Assembly: GCA_000934665.2 (NCBI GenBank) | Contig: KZ538697.1 | Coordinates: 1 to 64,000, forward strand | From: Catajapyx aquilonaris | Taxonomy: Eukaryota | Length of the DNA: 64,000 nt | Direction: 5' to 3' | Shown: piece after piece, positions 14,201 to 29,200 of the stretch | How positions within the stretch are numbered: the first letter of the stretch is position 1 | Layout of the letters: the number at the start of each line of letters is the position of its first letter | Notes under the pieces: model-generated | Databases searched by the model: none | What the model saw: only the letters and a program-made list of their open reading frames with translations | What the model was told of the DNA's origin: nothing | Translations under genes and position numbers: made by a program

Positions 14201-17200
14201 ATGTAAAGCGTAGGACCAAAATGTGACAGAAAAGGTCCTGCTGTAGTACATACTCAAAATTATGGACGACATAAGTATTCACAACACATAATCTGAACTA
14301 GCAGGGGGCCTGTTCTTTGCACGGCGATTGATTAATAAATGAAATCTGTTCCACAATTTCCACAGATGAGGCATCAAACATCATAAAACAAATTTTAAAA
14401 CCTAGATTTTGGGTGTTTAAGCTCAAAATATTGCAGTTCTAGGACTTTTACTTACATCAGCAGCACGTAAGATGTCAGTGTGCTAAGTTTCATCACTCTC
14501 AGTACTCCGGAAGTGGGATAAATAGCCGTGGACAAACTTTCTGCTTTATTATACAGTAATATGTAAGATTTTCGACAAATTGTGTTCATACAAAGCCCAT
14601 AAAATGTGAATGTCATTAAATGAACAGTTTTTATACCAACGAGAACAACAATCCTTGCATTCATACCACCGCACCGGTCCTGTCGTATATGAAATAAAAC
14701 AAATCCCATGTCCCAGACCGTGTCCGCTAATTAAGTGCATGTAAATAACGTTAAGTAAAATAACACGGCAGACACAAGCTAATTATAGCACTGCGCATTT
14801 TCATCTAATTAAGTGGCGCACAACATAATAAACTAACGTATATGAAGAAGAAAGAAAACATGCGGGGATATAGTAGTAGCAGTAATGGATCGGAGAGAGA
14901 AAAAATGCGGCTCAGACAAAATATGAAAACGTTCCTCTGCGCCACTGGGGGTAAACCTCGGCATCCTTACCCTCGAATTTACCATTTCACTGCGTTTCCA
15001 TTACTTTACCTGATGGAAAAACAAGTTTCTCCACCCATGGATACTTTAGACTCAATTTCTTCCGTCTCCATTGTTTTCTCGGTGTAGTATATGAAGTTAA
15101 TGCGCCGGATGTGGCCAGGTCACTATTCAATTTCCGCTTTAAGGAAGAGCATATCCTGTGATGCAGGTAGTGGAAAAAAATGTAATATGTGTGTTGTTGA
15201 CCCTTACAGCATCATTACGTGATAATTGCTTTTTTTAAACCAAAAAAGTTTATCCAACATTTACTGAGCTTTTTCAACAAACTAGAGAAACTGGAGAAAT
15301 CGTTGCTGGGAATATGATCAGTCCCCTACTCTGAGTTTGAATTAATTAGAAAAATATTGATAGAATATTTTGCAACATTGTTGTGCAGTTAACGTTATAT
15401 TGCATAATATTACCTGCAATAACATGTGAAAGTGATAGTAATTGGCCCCATGCAATTTCCGTTAATTAAGTGGGTACAAGGCATGAAATAATGTTATAGA
15501 AATATCCTTAATAAGTTACTCTGTACACATAATTTCGCGGCTAGTGTGTACCGAGCGTTATTGCCGAATCTCGCCTTTTTTGTGTGTGTGTGTCCATTCC
15601 ATCCTCTCTGGGCAAATGTTACTGGGGAAAGTGAATGGGAGCCCTTGGAGAAGGAGCCAACGAAGCTTGAAATGGCGTTTGTAGCGATGGAAGCCGCTGT
15701 TTATGTGATGGCTGAGAGATGCACTTGAAAATGCGGCTTACCCGTGACCGGTTGATCACCTAGGCTACACATCTCTCTCTTCTCTCGCTCTTTCTCTCTA
15801 GGGAGGATGGGAGGTAAACAGTAACAAAACGCCATTAATATCCAGCGAGCAATTAGGAGGAACACGGCATAATAGCGACATTAAGCGACATTAACAGGAA
15901 TGGTTTACGACAAAGGATACTAGGATAGGACAAGAAAGCGTGTGGCTTATCCAGATCTTGCCCCTCACACAGCCCTCGGAGGGATATTGGAATGAAGCAT
16001 CAGCATGATAATGAGAAATCCCCTTTAATTAATTAATGGAGGATGTAAAATCCCTCCCATGCTTTACCGGAACAAAAGACTTCCTCTTCAAGTTTAGCAG
16101 CAAGTCACAAATTTTTTTCTTCCTGTTGCTATACTATACTATACAGAAGCGGAAGTTTTTTGGGGAGGGTGGGGGTGGGCTGGCAACAAATTGAGCGGAC
16201 GGGAGAAGTAAATCTGGCGACAAACTTGAGGACAATTTCAAGTCAATGCTGAAGGGAATTGGAAGCTCGCGTTGTAGTCGCTGCAGGGTTGGAAGGAGAA
16301 CACACCAAAAAAACTGAGATAGAAAATAGGATTGAAACAATGTCTTGTCGTTTCAGGTCAGCGGCATTTCGACGGAAATCTTCCGGCAGATAGAGACCGT
16401 GGAAAATGACCACGATGCTACGACCGCGGCTGCATTGGAGGCGGTTGAGCGTCGTGGAGAAATGGTGGTGCGCTTGCTCGATCCCCGTCAAATGAGCCGC
16501 GCAGCTGCAGAGGCCGCCAAGAAGTTCCTCGCCATGCAGGTAAGGGCCATCTTGTTGAATGAAACTCGATGAATGGCCTTCATTTCCATTTAAGATGAGT
16601 CCGCACGATTCGTTTCACACAGAGCACGTCATGCCGGGGGTAAAAGCTCTTTCTCTACACCCCCCCCCCCCATCCCCACCCCTTATAACATGGAAAGTTG
16701 GACCGGGGGTTTTTGTCAACGCCATTTTCCTGGCGGCGGAAAATTTTAATTGGGTCTTTAAGCCCGCGGACTGGAAACCTACGTGGAGGGTTTCAAAGTG
16801 CTAAAGGCAGAGATTCCGTTCGTGCTACTAAAATTTGATAGGCCTGCTGACTACAACTTTGAGCCAGATATTATGCGTCGTTTTGTGGAGTCTGGTAGGT
16901 TTACAAAAATGAGGTTTTGCTCGCGAGTCACGCACTTTGATATCGTTATGCATTAATGCGAAGTAGCTGAAAAGTCATAATCCTTTTGGCACAAGAATGT
17001 CAGATCCGCATTGCTGATATATGTAAGGTAAATTATCTATAGTGTGTATTCAATCCCTGAATTGTTCAACGACTATCTGCAACATGAGCTGTTATTTTCC
17101 GCAGGATTCGAAGCACACCATAAATTTTGTAGAAATAGTAAAGCGGCCGGGGCAAACACTAGGTCTCTACATACGGGAAGGCAACGGAGTGGACCGATGC

Positions 17201-20200
17201 GACGGGGTCTTCATCTCTCGGGTAGCTCTGGAAAGCGCCGTGTACAACAGCGGCTGCCTAAAGGTGCGTTTCTCATCCTCAGGGTGTTTCAACACTGTAC
17301 GGTCAAAAAAAAAAATCCCATGCATTTAGGTGGGCGACGAAATCCTGGCTGTGAACCTGGTGGATGTGACCCACATGAGCTTGGACGACGTGGTGATCCT
17401 GATGTCGATCCCTCGTCGCCTGGTGCTGACCACCCGGCAAAGGAAGGCCCAGAAAGGGGTACCGTCTCCTCCGCTGCAGCGCCCAGAGCAGAAGGCTCCT
17501 CCGGTGGTGGTCATCAAGAAGGAACTGATGGAGGAAGACCCGCAGGAGGAGAGCACTAGCAACGGGGAGAACGGACTCATCATGGGTATGCCCATGATGT
17601 CTCAGTCGCACATGCACCAGCCACCAGCCCCGCCCCCGGGCCATCCGCCCCCGGGCAGACTACCCCACGGGATCTCCCACTCCCCGTACCAGCAGCTGCA
17701 GCACCAGCAGCAGCAGTACAGGGAGCGAGAGGTGGAGCTGGGGCGGCTGGCGCCCTGGAGGGTACCGGAGGAAGAGCCCTTCCTCTACTACAATTCCAGA
17801 CCCCCGGCTGACCACCGGTACAGGTCGTCAATGGGAATGACTCCAGATCGTCCAAGCGGACCACACTGGTACGGAGGGCCGGAGCCTTCCCTGGCGGCCT
17901 ACCAGCCGCCTCCCCCGGTGATAACAGAGCAGCCGAAGCCCGGAACAGGAGTCCCCCAGCACTTCCAGCCATTCGAGCGTACGTATCCCAAGACCCTGGA
18001 GTCTCTGGCTGAGAAGGTGCACACTTTCTACTCAGGGAGCCGAGGCGGAAGCGGGATGCGGGACCCATACGCGATGAGAGCCATGGGGATGGGAGTGGGC
18101 GTCAGTATGGGCGTCCCCGGCGTCGGGTCATCCCGGTCCACCACACCTGTCCCATCACAGCCGCCCATGCCCAGCTCCAGACTGCTGGCCGGAACCCCCA
18201 CCACTCCCAGGGCCGAGAGAATCCGAAGCGGAAGAACCACGCCGCAACACCTGCCCCCCAGAGCTGAGTAAGTCCGTCTGACCTCGACTCCGGCTGTGAG
18301 CAGCCTACGGTACCATCTACTTTCAGGTCTGTGTTGGGTGCCCCTCCTCGTGCTGGCCGCCTGCTCCGTAGCGGCAGTGACCAACGTCTTCCTCGGACCG
18401 AGCAAGCGGACATGTACGAGTACGTGCTCCGACCTCTCCGCTCGAGCCTGAAGGCATCCTCCGGCACTATGCAATACCCTCTGGGCTCTTCCCGGTACGC
18501 AACCTTGGACCACATGCAACGCTACGGGTCGCTCCGGGCCAGGCCGCACCATCACCACTCCAGGGCCGCCCCTGTACTGGACTACGCCTCGGACACGGAG
18601 GCCACCATCCCCAGGCACTCCTATCTGGCCGCTGCGTCCAGGGCGGCCCTGGGGGCAGGCACGGGCACGCCCGGGGCAGGAATGCTCAGGGCTTATGCCG
18701 GCCTCAGGAGCAACTCCCTACCCAGGGACCACCGAGGGAGGACCCAGAGGCAGATGGTGCGGTTTGAATGGGAGACAGCGGGCTTGGCCACGGGCATCGA
18801 CAGCCAGGAAGACAGCGACGGTGCGGTCTCTGCCCCGGAGCTCACTTCCAGGAGCCTCAGGGAAAGAGGTCAGTCAATCCAGATTTTTTTTTTCTGTTTT
18901 ATTGGACCCACACGTTGTATGCACCAAGCGCTTCAAGAAGGATCGCTCCATGTAACTTATGATAATGCGCTTCAAAATTCAACTCGTGTTGAGTTTGCTG
19001 CTTTTTAACTCCCTATCGAAAGCGGACCATATCAACACGTTTTGAAATGAAGAGCTACAAAAGTGCCATGTAATGTACTGCAATAAAACGTCATAATTTC
19101 CTCCGTGTGAGTGCATGTGCATGGGAGACGGTCATACCAGCCAGTTACTTGAGAGCCCGGTGGGGGCGGTGAATGGGGGGCAACTATAATAAACAGCCCC
19201 ATGCGGCTGAATTAAAAATCCATTGTTATTCCGCGAGCTGGCGGGCGTTTATTACCAACACTGCCTGAAGCGTGTGTTGCCTACGGCAAACGCTGAATTA
19301 AATCGCGTTTTCCTGCTTTCACATTCCATACCTGCTGGCTTCACTTTTTTTATATATAGCATGGGCGTGTAATGGCACTGAAGGGAGATGCTTTTGAGTT
19401 TGACTTGAGCTAATTAAGGAATATCAGCTTGGGGAGTATCAGGTTCGGAGCCAGAAATTATAAAGCTGTTAGGACCAAGGAGGAAAATGAGGGTTATATG
19501 AACTCTTTAAAGCGTAATGGTATTACAGCCATCCCCCGACATGCCTCGAATTACGTCGCTTTCTTAAAGACATGCTGTGGGGGTTTTTTTTTCTCATCCT
19601 GAGTAAATGGTGAAAATCCAGATGCTATACTGAGCATTTCTCTCGGGTTATCAACTTGTTCGCGATGTAATTATGTTGAGGTAGGTCCCAGATAGTCCTC
19701 CGTAACATTATCTTGCGCACCGAAACAACTGTGTAAAAAAAATCGCTTGTTGTTTCCCGGAACGAAATGAATATTAATGAGATCACTCTTTTGCCACCCG
19801 AAACATATTTTGCCATGTTTTTAAAGGGATTACTGTCTGGAGCTGATGGAATGCAAATGTTTTGTTTAATCCCGCGGAACAGTGGAAACAGGCATCCATT
19901 ATATAATTTTTTTTATAAAAAAAATCTGAAATTCTAGACGTTGCTTTTCCGTTCCACAAAGTAACTTTGGCGAGGGGCTTTTGTTTGATCGCATTCCGGG
20001 AGAGTATTACAATGAAGCCGGCCGTTTCAAACGCAGAATCCCAAACCGAATAGCCTCTGCTGCCAGCAGTATTGTAACCAGCGCAGCGAGGCGAGAGAAA
20101 AACACATTTTCCACTCGTCACACGTCCTCTGAATTTTTCTGATTCACTAATGCGTGCAATTTTTCCCTCCCTTTAACAAGGGTACAACAAACATACAGTG

Positions 20201-23200
20201 TTGTAAAATCCCAACTTGTTTTTAGTCAGTGAAAAGCATTCACGCTCCAAGTCCCATATAGCATTACCTCTTTAAAATTAGCCAGTCTGCTGTAGTAATT
20301 TTTTTAAAAATTACATGGTGTTCTGTCAAGTGCTAAGTAGCTTAGGAAACAATCGTACGTTGACTACAATATAAAATAGTTACAAGTGGATTCATCACGT
20401 GAATAATTACATGCTCTTAATTCAGGCATAAGCTACAGTGCCGAATTTAGTATTTTTTGCACCGATTTCATATTTTTGAACTCGCCACATTTTGTGCTGG
20501 CATTTCCCATGGTGGCAACGTGTGCCCAGGGCTAAGTGAAATGTGATGTTCCCCACTCGTAGTGCTTAGCATTTCATGCGGCTAAATACAGAGCGACGGT
20601 TCCCTTCGGTAGCATCTTCCCTAAGTGACTCGGTTTGCATTTTTGGCAGGCTTCAATTATTTATGTGTAAGGATGTCCCCGAGTGGAATGAGTGATGCGT
20701 TGGGCATTTTTGGGGGGACATTTTGTTGTAACCAGTTGACATATGGGAAGTCTTTTTTTTTGTAATGTTTAAGAAAAATGGCGTGTTTGTCCCCCCCCCC
20801 CCCNNNNNNNTTTTTTCCCCCCCCCCCCCCCCCTTTCAATCGCCGTTCGACCTGAGCTGCTCCAAAATCTTGGTGCCCCCATCCTTTCCATTTTCCACTG
20901 AAAGAAGGGATAGCACACACACAAAAACTTGATCAATATACCCTTTTTTCCCCTTTGCAAGAGCCCACAGATTATCCGGCTGCCTTTTCTCCTGTAAGAA
21001 GGCCTAGAAAGGGAAGAAAAGGGGGTATCCCCTCCTTTTGCAAACACCGTCCCAGGATTTGTTCGCCCCTTGCCTTCTTCTCTACCATCTCTCTCTTCCT
21101 CTACTTTACTTTTTTTTGGCCTCAAAAAGTCCATCCGCCTGAGCATTGTCATTAAAGTTTTGTGATGCTTTTCTTGGCGGAAGAAAAGCTAGCCGTGACG
21201 GGCACTCTGTTGCAAGTCTTCCGTTTATTAACGTGTAGGGAGAGGGCGAGAGTAAATCCCAAGATCTCACAAAAACTTGCCTCAGTAGAAAATGAAAGTG
21301 GAAAAAATATTATCAAACAAACCCTTGTACTTCCATAATAATAGTAAAAATTTACAAATTTACATACAAATTTACACAAATAATATTTATAAAAGCATTT
21401 ACTTACTCTCTATGATTTCAAAAGAAAGTGTAAAATGGCAGAAGTGCTCATTGCGCGCAGTTAAAATTTAAATAAAATTATCGTTCTTGAACAATGTGCA
21501 GCTAAAAAATTCGCGATAATCAACTAGTGTCTTAAAAAATTAATATTAAAAATCCGGAAGCTTTTGCTGACATTTCAAGTGCAAAGAAATTGCAACATTT
21601 GAGCCCAGGTTTTTACTACTGAGGGGACAGCTATTTAAAAACTGAGTTTCACTTTTTCATCTATACATGAGGAACAACTTCCAATAAAAATTATTGCGGA
21701 ACACTGCAAAATCAATCCTCGAAGGGATCATTTGCAGAAATGTTGAAATTCTTGGAAAGGTTGCCTGTTTCCGACTAGGACAAAATTGTAATAATTACAC
21801 TAGCATTTATATCAATGACGTATAACTTCTACTGCGCTACTATACCGAGGCCAAAATGTCGGATTAAAATATATCGCTAAAAAAACATGCCAAACCAAAA
21901 AAAGGTAGAAAATGACCCCAGTGTCCCGGGTACAATTTTCATTCACTCTGCAGGCTGCACTCTCTTTTTATATACACACATTTTCACTAGGACTGAGAAC
22001 GAACAAGTGGCAGTTTGCATTAATGCTCTTCTCAAAAAACCCTACTAGACCCTCTCTCTTTTTTTTGTACTATGACTCCCTGGGTTTTTGTATAGGGAGA
22101 GGGCGAAACCAGGGCGGGGCTGTTGCGTGTGTGTCATGTCTACAACTCGAAAGTGATGGCAATCCGGGAAGCATTTCCTCGGGCCAGATTGGAGTCCTTC
22201 ACACCTCTTAACCTTACACCACTCCATTTCTTCCCATAAAATGTGCACCATTGTTATACCCACCCCCCAAGCTTTTGGACTTTGTTGTGGAAATTTAGGT
22301 TAAATGGTTGGGGGCCTGGAAATATTCGCCTCCCACTTCTTGTCCAATGGGTTATACACCTGGAGCGTGACTGGTTGAAGTAATTTGGACTCGCCACCCT
22401 CTACCAAAAAAAAGGACCCTTTCAGGAAGGTCAACGACAGTGGGATTGATGGTGAACGTCGTTAGGACAAATGGGGCTGTTTGAGGCAGTTGCGGCGACA
22501 TATTGACTAGTTGTCATACCTGCCCACGAGATGGCCGCTTCCAACCAATAAGCGACATCATCATCGGAATATTAAATTCTGGTTCAGCTAACCATCGATC
22601 GGGCACTTTCTACCACCACAAAAAAGAAATTGAGAGTTTGTATACGTAATGACACTCTTGCCTCGACAAAAGAAGGCCCTGGATTATATCTGCATAAGCA
22701 ATGAACCTCACCCATTTTTTATACACGGTATATATGGTGCGAATTCATGAGCTCTTGTCATTTTTTGGGGGCCTCCAGTTCTTGTTTGGCGCTTTTTCCA
22801 ATATTTTTAGCCCGCAAAATCTGGAAGGCCAGTACACTCGGTACGAAAACCAGTAAAAAAAGGGGGGCTCACAAACAAACCTCCCACTTCAAAGCAACTG
22901 GTTTTGTCGGAGTCTGAACATTCTTTCCATCAGCCAGATTGAACTTTTGCGAAACTCCATATAAGGCATTTTTGCATAGTTGCGGTTGTTTTGTTGCGCA
23001 AAATATTTCCCTCTCAAGAAAAGCAGGATATAATCTGACCACCGTTGGTTTCAAAACAACGCCCCAACCATAATTCAATCACCATTAAAAACAGTACCCC
23101 TGCGACTATCATAAATCTGCAAATGAATTTGTAATGGCCCTCAGTGGCTATGAGGTTAAGACCTAATCGACACGACCTTCCGCAAGATTTTGTGTACCAG

Positions 23201-26200
23201 TAAAACGAGGTTCGATCGGCCCGGATAGAGCAGAGGTTTTGGAGTATGTCCATAAAGTAGTTTGCGTAATCTTCTGGGACTTTGCCCTCTTTACAGTAAC
23301 TGCTTGGTGGCTTGTCGAGAGCATATCTGGTTGCTGAGATGCTGGAGGAGGTAACTCTGTGCAAAGTTTCCAAGGGGTGTAAACTATATATAGGATGGCT
23401 TCTGAGTTAAGGAAACCACTTGCCAACTTCTGTGGATGGGGACGAGTGCGTGGCATATTGCGCTTGATTGGAATTGCAAATGTACCACTGCCACGCTCTA
23501 ATGATTGCAATCAAAAGTATGACTTTTGTGTGCGTCGGGACGATAAATGGCATTGTTATTGTATAGTATCGTGCTGGTGCAGAGGACGCGGTTTCAACTC
23601 TGAGGTTAGATTGCATTGACTTTCATCGACTTTAATTTTAATGGAGGGTTGTTGGTTGTGTTAAGTTCGATCCATGTTGGTTTAGTTGGTTGTTGACACC
23701 ACTCGAATGAAAAGTTTGAATTTTCAAACTATTATTTTCAAGAAAATGACACGTACGATGGCAAATGGTGGCTAACTGGAAAGTGTCCACGTAATTTCCA
23801 TATTTTTTTGCCTCATTATATCCCAGGAAGTTCCATTCACGTCTGTGTCATCCGTGGTCCTTTTATGACACTAGTAGCAATATGGCCCAAAAACCTAACG
23901 TTAGGCAGTTAGCAGTCTGAATATCCCAAACCTGACGTAACCCATGCGGCTTTACTGCAGAGTAAATTTGGATAGCGACGATATCTGAAATGAACAAACC
24001 ATCTGCAGCCTAAAAGGCGAGCATAAAGACACCGGAAACTTTTTGCGTTGCGCTTATATTATGGGCTAATATAAGTGTAGAACGCAAGCAGTCTTGTGTG
24101 GTCTTAATGACGCCGCGGGCCTTGTCCCTTCCCCCCCCCCCAAAAAAAAAAGTTTGCTCGACGCATAGACAGGATTTATTGTCCCAGGTCGAGCTTTTTA
24201 TAGCGAATCTGTGGCAAGAGTGGGAGGGCTGGGGATGTAATGTTCCCCCGTCGGTTTTTCCGAGAGAAAATATCCGAAAGGCGTGACATCATCAGGGCGC
24301 AATTCATCATGTCCCCCCCACTGAAATGACAGTGCCGGGTGATGATGGAAAGTCTATTTTCCAGCCAGCGGTGATCATGCCCTTTTTTTATTATATGTTT
24401 CTTGGTAGGTCGCATACCTTCGTCACCGAGTGTGTTCACCTCTGAGGAGTACCGCTCGTGGCTGCAGAGGGCGCCGTCCACCAGTGCCATCTACGAGAGG
24501 ATTCGGCAGAGCAGGGATGTTCTGCAGGCGCAAAGGGCCGCGAGATTCACATACAGTGCGGAGAATTTGCTCGATCGCTCCAGGGAGGTAAGGACAAGAT
24601 ATGAAAATATGAACAAAATATACTGTCCTATCTATATAGGAACAAAATAATCGCATACAGAATTGGCTTGGCGTGACTCTGTCCCAGCATGAGTTGACTC
24701 ATCACCTAGGTGCATGTAGTTAGCACGTGCCCTTCCTACTTGTCCTCTAATTGAACGGGGAAAGTGATAACTACCTATGGTCCTAGACGATGAGTCAACA
24801 CGGACAAAGAAGCGGACAGACAGAATAAGGGGATTAGCAATTCCAGGCAATTTTGTATGTGTGTATACGACTCCATAACTTTCCCGGTGTTTCATCTCGA
24901 TTGTGGTTAAGCCCCAAGAATTCTCCAGTTTTGGCTCAGCAATATTATACCCAGCATGGCTTGTCGCGGTCAGCGTCTTGGCTCCGGAAGATTAATGCCG
25001 GAGCGCATTCCCACAAGGCAGCTGATCACAGGGAAACATTTTGAACTTAATAAGAAGCAGCAAAGAGTAAAGAAGAGGGGGGGGGGAAGCTGAGCTTTAA
25101 TTCCGTAATTTAGTAGCGCTGGGATGATAAGGTCGTCTCATTTGAATCCGCCGGGAGGGGAAAACCGGAAGTGTACGTAAATTTGTCCTTATCAGGCGGA
25201 AGCAGTGAAGTTGACGATTGTCTCCCAGAGCTTGCATCAAACTCTAGCGAAATGTTCCCCTCTCTCTCCTTTTTTTTATCCGAGTGGTATTACCAGAGAG
25301 CCTCAGGGAGGCAGCCTCTTGTCAACGGATTTCAACCGACTTTTCCTCTGCCTCCGCGCCTCTTCTTCCGACCCCCAGCATAAATCATTCTCAAAATCGT
25401 ATCTTTCTAACGTCATAATGTTCCACCAGAAACTAGAAGGCCCTTGCCAGCCATTACATCGCGATTCAACCCAACCAAATGGTCCTGCTCAATAGGCTTG
25501 TACCATTTTCTACTCAATTAAGTCCGAAATTCGCCATGGCTACATTGTAATAAGCAGAATTTATTATGAAAATGTCAGAAATGGGTTGTAATGTGACGCC
25601 AACAAAGGTGCAATTCAGCATGTATACCTGCAGTAGTAATGATTGCGAAAAATGCTGACTTTTAGCTATTATTGCAATTAATCGTAACTAGTCGGCGGAT
25701 CTTTGCAGCGGCAAAAATTTGAGCCACCTAATGAGTCCAATTTAAAATCAATTTGAAAATCGCAACTTTTTTTAAAAACCAGCCCTCCTAGAAAATTCAA
25801 TCAAAACTTGCTAATTAAAAGTGCGAGCTTAACTTTGCACTCTCTGTAGCAAGAGCGTGATCAGGGGCTAAGCATCAATTAATCACCCTCATTATTTTCA
25901 CAATACACATATCTGACTTATACGATGGAAAAAAATGTATGCCAAAGGCCATATTTTCTGCTATTTTATCATTGGCTAATTGGCACACTCTACAGGGTGG
26001 TTCACTGACCAAATTCTGATCTGTTTAAACAATACATTTCTGTTGTTTTATGGTGACGACACTTATGTCATTTAAAAAAATTTAAATCGGATTTATCCCG
26101 ACAGTCACTCGTCGTTGTTGCTTTTTTCACTGGTTGCTGGGGTGAACACAGTTGGTATACTGTGGACCCTGGACACATATTCGATAGCATAACCGCCAGC

Positions 26201-29200
26201 CTTTTTTTCCCTTCTGAAAAATCCGGCAGGTCCATGCCTACATATCTGACATTTTGAGCTCACACCCCCCCTAGGAATGAATGGATACGTCCACGTAGTA
26301 GCGTAGTAGTTTTCAATTATACGCTCGAAGCGTCCGGTATATACGCCAATGACAGAGGCTGCGTCGATATTGGAGGCTGCCAACCTGCCAAGAGCCATCT
26401 GTTGATAACCAGGATCGGCTTTCACCATAGAGAGCTGCTGCAGCTATCATTTTCACCCTGGATGTACCCATTTACGGACACTTTTCTTTTTGAAACAAGA
26501 CGTACAAAGAGCCTTCCTTTGTGGGAGCCTTCATTGAATTACAAGTCCAACTTTTTTTAAAAAGAAATCGCTAACGGATACGTAATCAGATAATTGGATT
26601 ATCTCCAAAGCTCTTTTTGAGTCTTTTCATGTCTTTTAATTTCTCCAGACTAAAAAGATGGGGGTATAAGAAGGTACAAAAAAAGGCGCCAACGAAGCTC
26701 CTCCCTGTTGGAATTTCATTACATCTTGGAAGGAAATGGAGGATTAGGCTGTATCTCTGGTGTGCAGGCGGTGTAGAGTTGTGTCGTTTTCCAGGATCAG
26801 CCGTACTACGCGTACCGGCCCCATTTGAGCAGCTCCACGATCGAAAGGCCCGTGTCTCGAGCCCTGAGAATGGAGGCGTTGAGTTCCGGACAGTCTTCGG
26901 CCACCAGGAGGGTCAGACACCTTCTGGAGGAGAGTCGGACCATACCCAACCCATCGCCCACAAGGTCAACTGACCCCAGGATCCGACTTCTTCACATCAA
27001 CCCGGCAGGTCAGAGAGGTCACCACTTAATAGACACAAAGCATGATGCGGTTGTTGTTTTTTTGTAGACCCAACAGCATGCGTTAACACCTCTTGGTTAC
27101 ATGATGCACAGGGTTTTGAAAGGTTGAACAGCCATACACTGTACAGTACGTCCGCATTGATTAGTTGCGAGTAGGAGGGCTTACGGATATACGACAGGTC
27201 GGTAACAAATCAAAATTTTGCTTGACACGGCGGGCTCTGCTTTTATTGCCACGTCGCGCAACAGTTTGGACACTTTGAAATTGCGGTAATCGACAGCAGA
27301 ACTGAAAGGGTTTCACTTTAAAAATGTGAACTGAAACAGAGGTTCGGTGCGGGTATTTCGGCCTGTTGCCAATGTAAAATGGATATGATATCTCTGTACT
27401 GTAAACCGCAATTAATTAAAATGAAAACGGAGCACTTTTCAGCAGGCAGCCATGGGCCAATGATGGAGTTAATTAACCCTCATTCACTGGGCATAATGTC
27501 GAGCAAAGCTTTGTGTTTGCTGAATTTCAGTTATTTCACTCACGCGTAAGCAAATTTCAACCGTAATTTACATTCTGTATTCCATGGATTTACATTATAT
27601 TCATTCGTTATTGAAAGCACGGAGTTAACATGTTGAATTTTGTTTAAATGTGTTTTCATGCACTACAAACCAGCGAAGGTTTATTCTTGTTGACATTAAA
27701 CATTAGTTTAGAAGAGAAATGCATGTCTCCTGCATGTTGGAGCACAGAAGGTCATTGCCTCTTGTTAACTTGAAGTTCTTTCGCATGTCGTAATGCTGCG
27801 TGTAGTACGGTGATTGGCACGAAGTAATAATGAATTGATTCCTTCTCTAGTCCTCTGAATCTCTTCCAAAGCTTCCCACTTCATTTGATGGAGAAGGCGG
27901 GTCACACCAAAACCCTTGCTTCTTGCAACGGAGAATGAGTAAGCCTTTTGAGCTGCTCCCATCAACCTACTCCCCGATAAAGAATTCTTCACTATTGTTG
28001 AGCCTTAAATTATTATGAACCCCCAAAAGTCTAAATTATGGTTCTGCATTACGCATCCGATTACTGCCAAAAAATTAGCATTATGGCCATTAAATTTTCA
28101 GTCAGATAGTTAAAGGACATGTTATAAATGGAGCTGTAATAATCAGTATCAGATGAAGTGACTTATCTGTGCTTTTTATATACCCTGGGGATTCAGTGGT
28201 CCTTTCACACTGCTATACGGCACCACAATTGCACTGTGAGCAGTACGTGTACTTTCGTACTCTGCAGGATTTTTGCCATTCACAGTTGAGCTGAATTCTA
28301 GTGGTTTGTAGGGATTCATTGAATTCCCTCTACAATACACTGTACAGTACAGATGTACGTAATTGCCTTTTTTGCTCTGTCCGAATGCTAACACTCGTGC
28401 ACCATTTTCTTCCAGTATTACTGCATGTTCAGTTAAAATGAAGTGCTAGGCACTGGTGCCAACTGATGCACGTCGAACAGTATGCCAAACGAACCATTGT
28501 CGTACCGCAACGAAATCACACGCTGCATCTGACACGTTCTGTTTCAGAGTTCCTAAAGTACAAAATGGACAAGGCGACAGTTGGACCATCTGAGGAAGGA
28601 CTGAGCGGCTTGCTCTGGATCCACCTGCTGGCTGGCCGAGGCCTGAAGCCCACCACACGGGCCGAGCAATACCGCGACCTGTACTGCGTGGTAGAGTGCG
28701 ACAGAGTGCATAAGGCGCGCACTGTGATCCGCACTGGAGACCAGAACTTCGACTGGGACGAGACCTTCGAGCTGGACCTGGTCAGCAACAAGGAGCTGGA
28801 CTTCCTCATCTACTCCTGGGACCCACAGTTCCGTCACAAGCTGTGCTACAAGGGCTCCATCCACCTGGTGACCCTCCTTCAGGAGTCGCCTGTCCACCAG
28901 CTGGCTCTCAAGATCGAGCCAAGAGGGACCCTGTACCTGAAGCTGAGGTATCTGGAGCCCAGAGAGGCGTTCAGGAGGGCCACCAGCCCGAGGAAGAGCG
29001 CTTTGTTCGGGGTTGACCTGGAGACTGTGGTGGTCAGAGAAGGGGCCATCTTGACCGTGCCCATCCTGCTCAAGAGGTGTCTGGAGGAGGTCGAGAGGAG
29101 GGGCTTGGACATCATAGGCCTCTACAGACTCTGCGGATCGGCCACCAAGAAAAAGGCACTCAGGGAGGCCTTTGAGAGGAATCCTAGGACCGTCGACCTC

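Noticed and set aside
17303..18618. Several minus-strand ORFs (113-196 aa)
   Set aside because: Antisense shadows of Syd-1 exons 5-6.
23014..23619. Overlapping 70-120 aa ORFs in intron 6
   Set aside because: No recognisable domain or consistent splice signals, and Syd-1 exons 6 and 7 join in phase without them.
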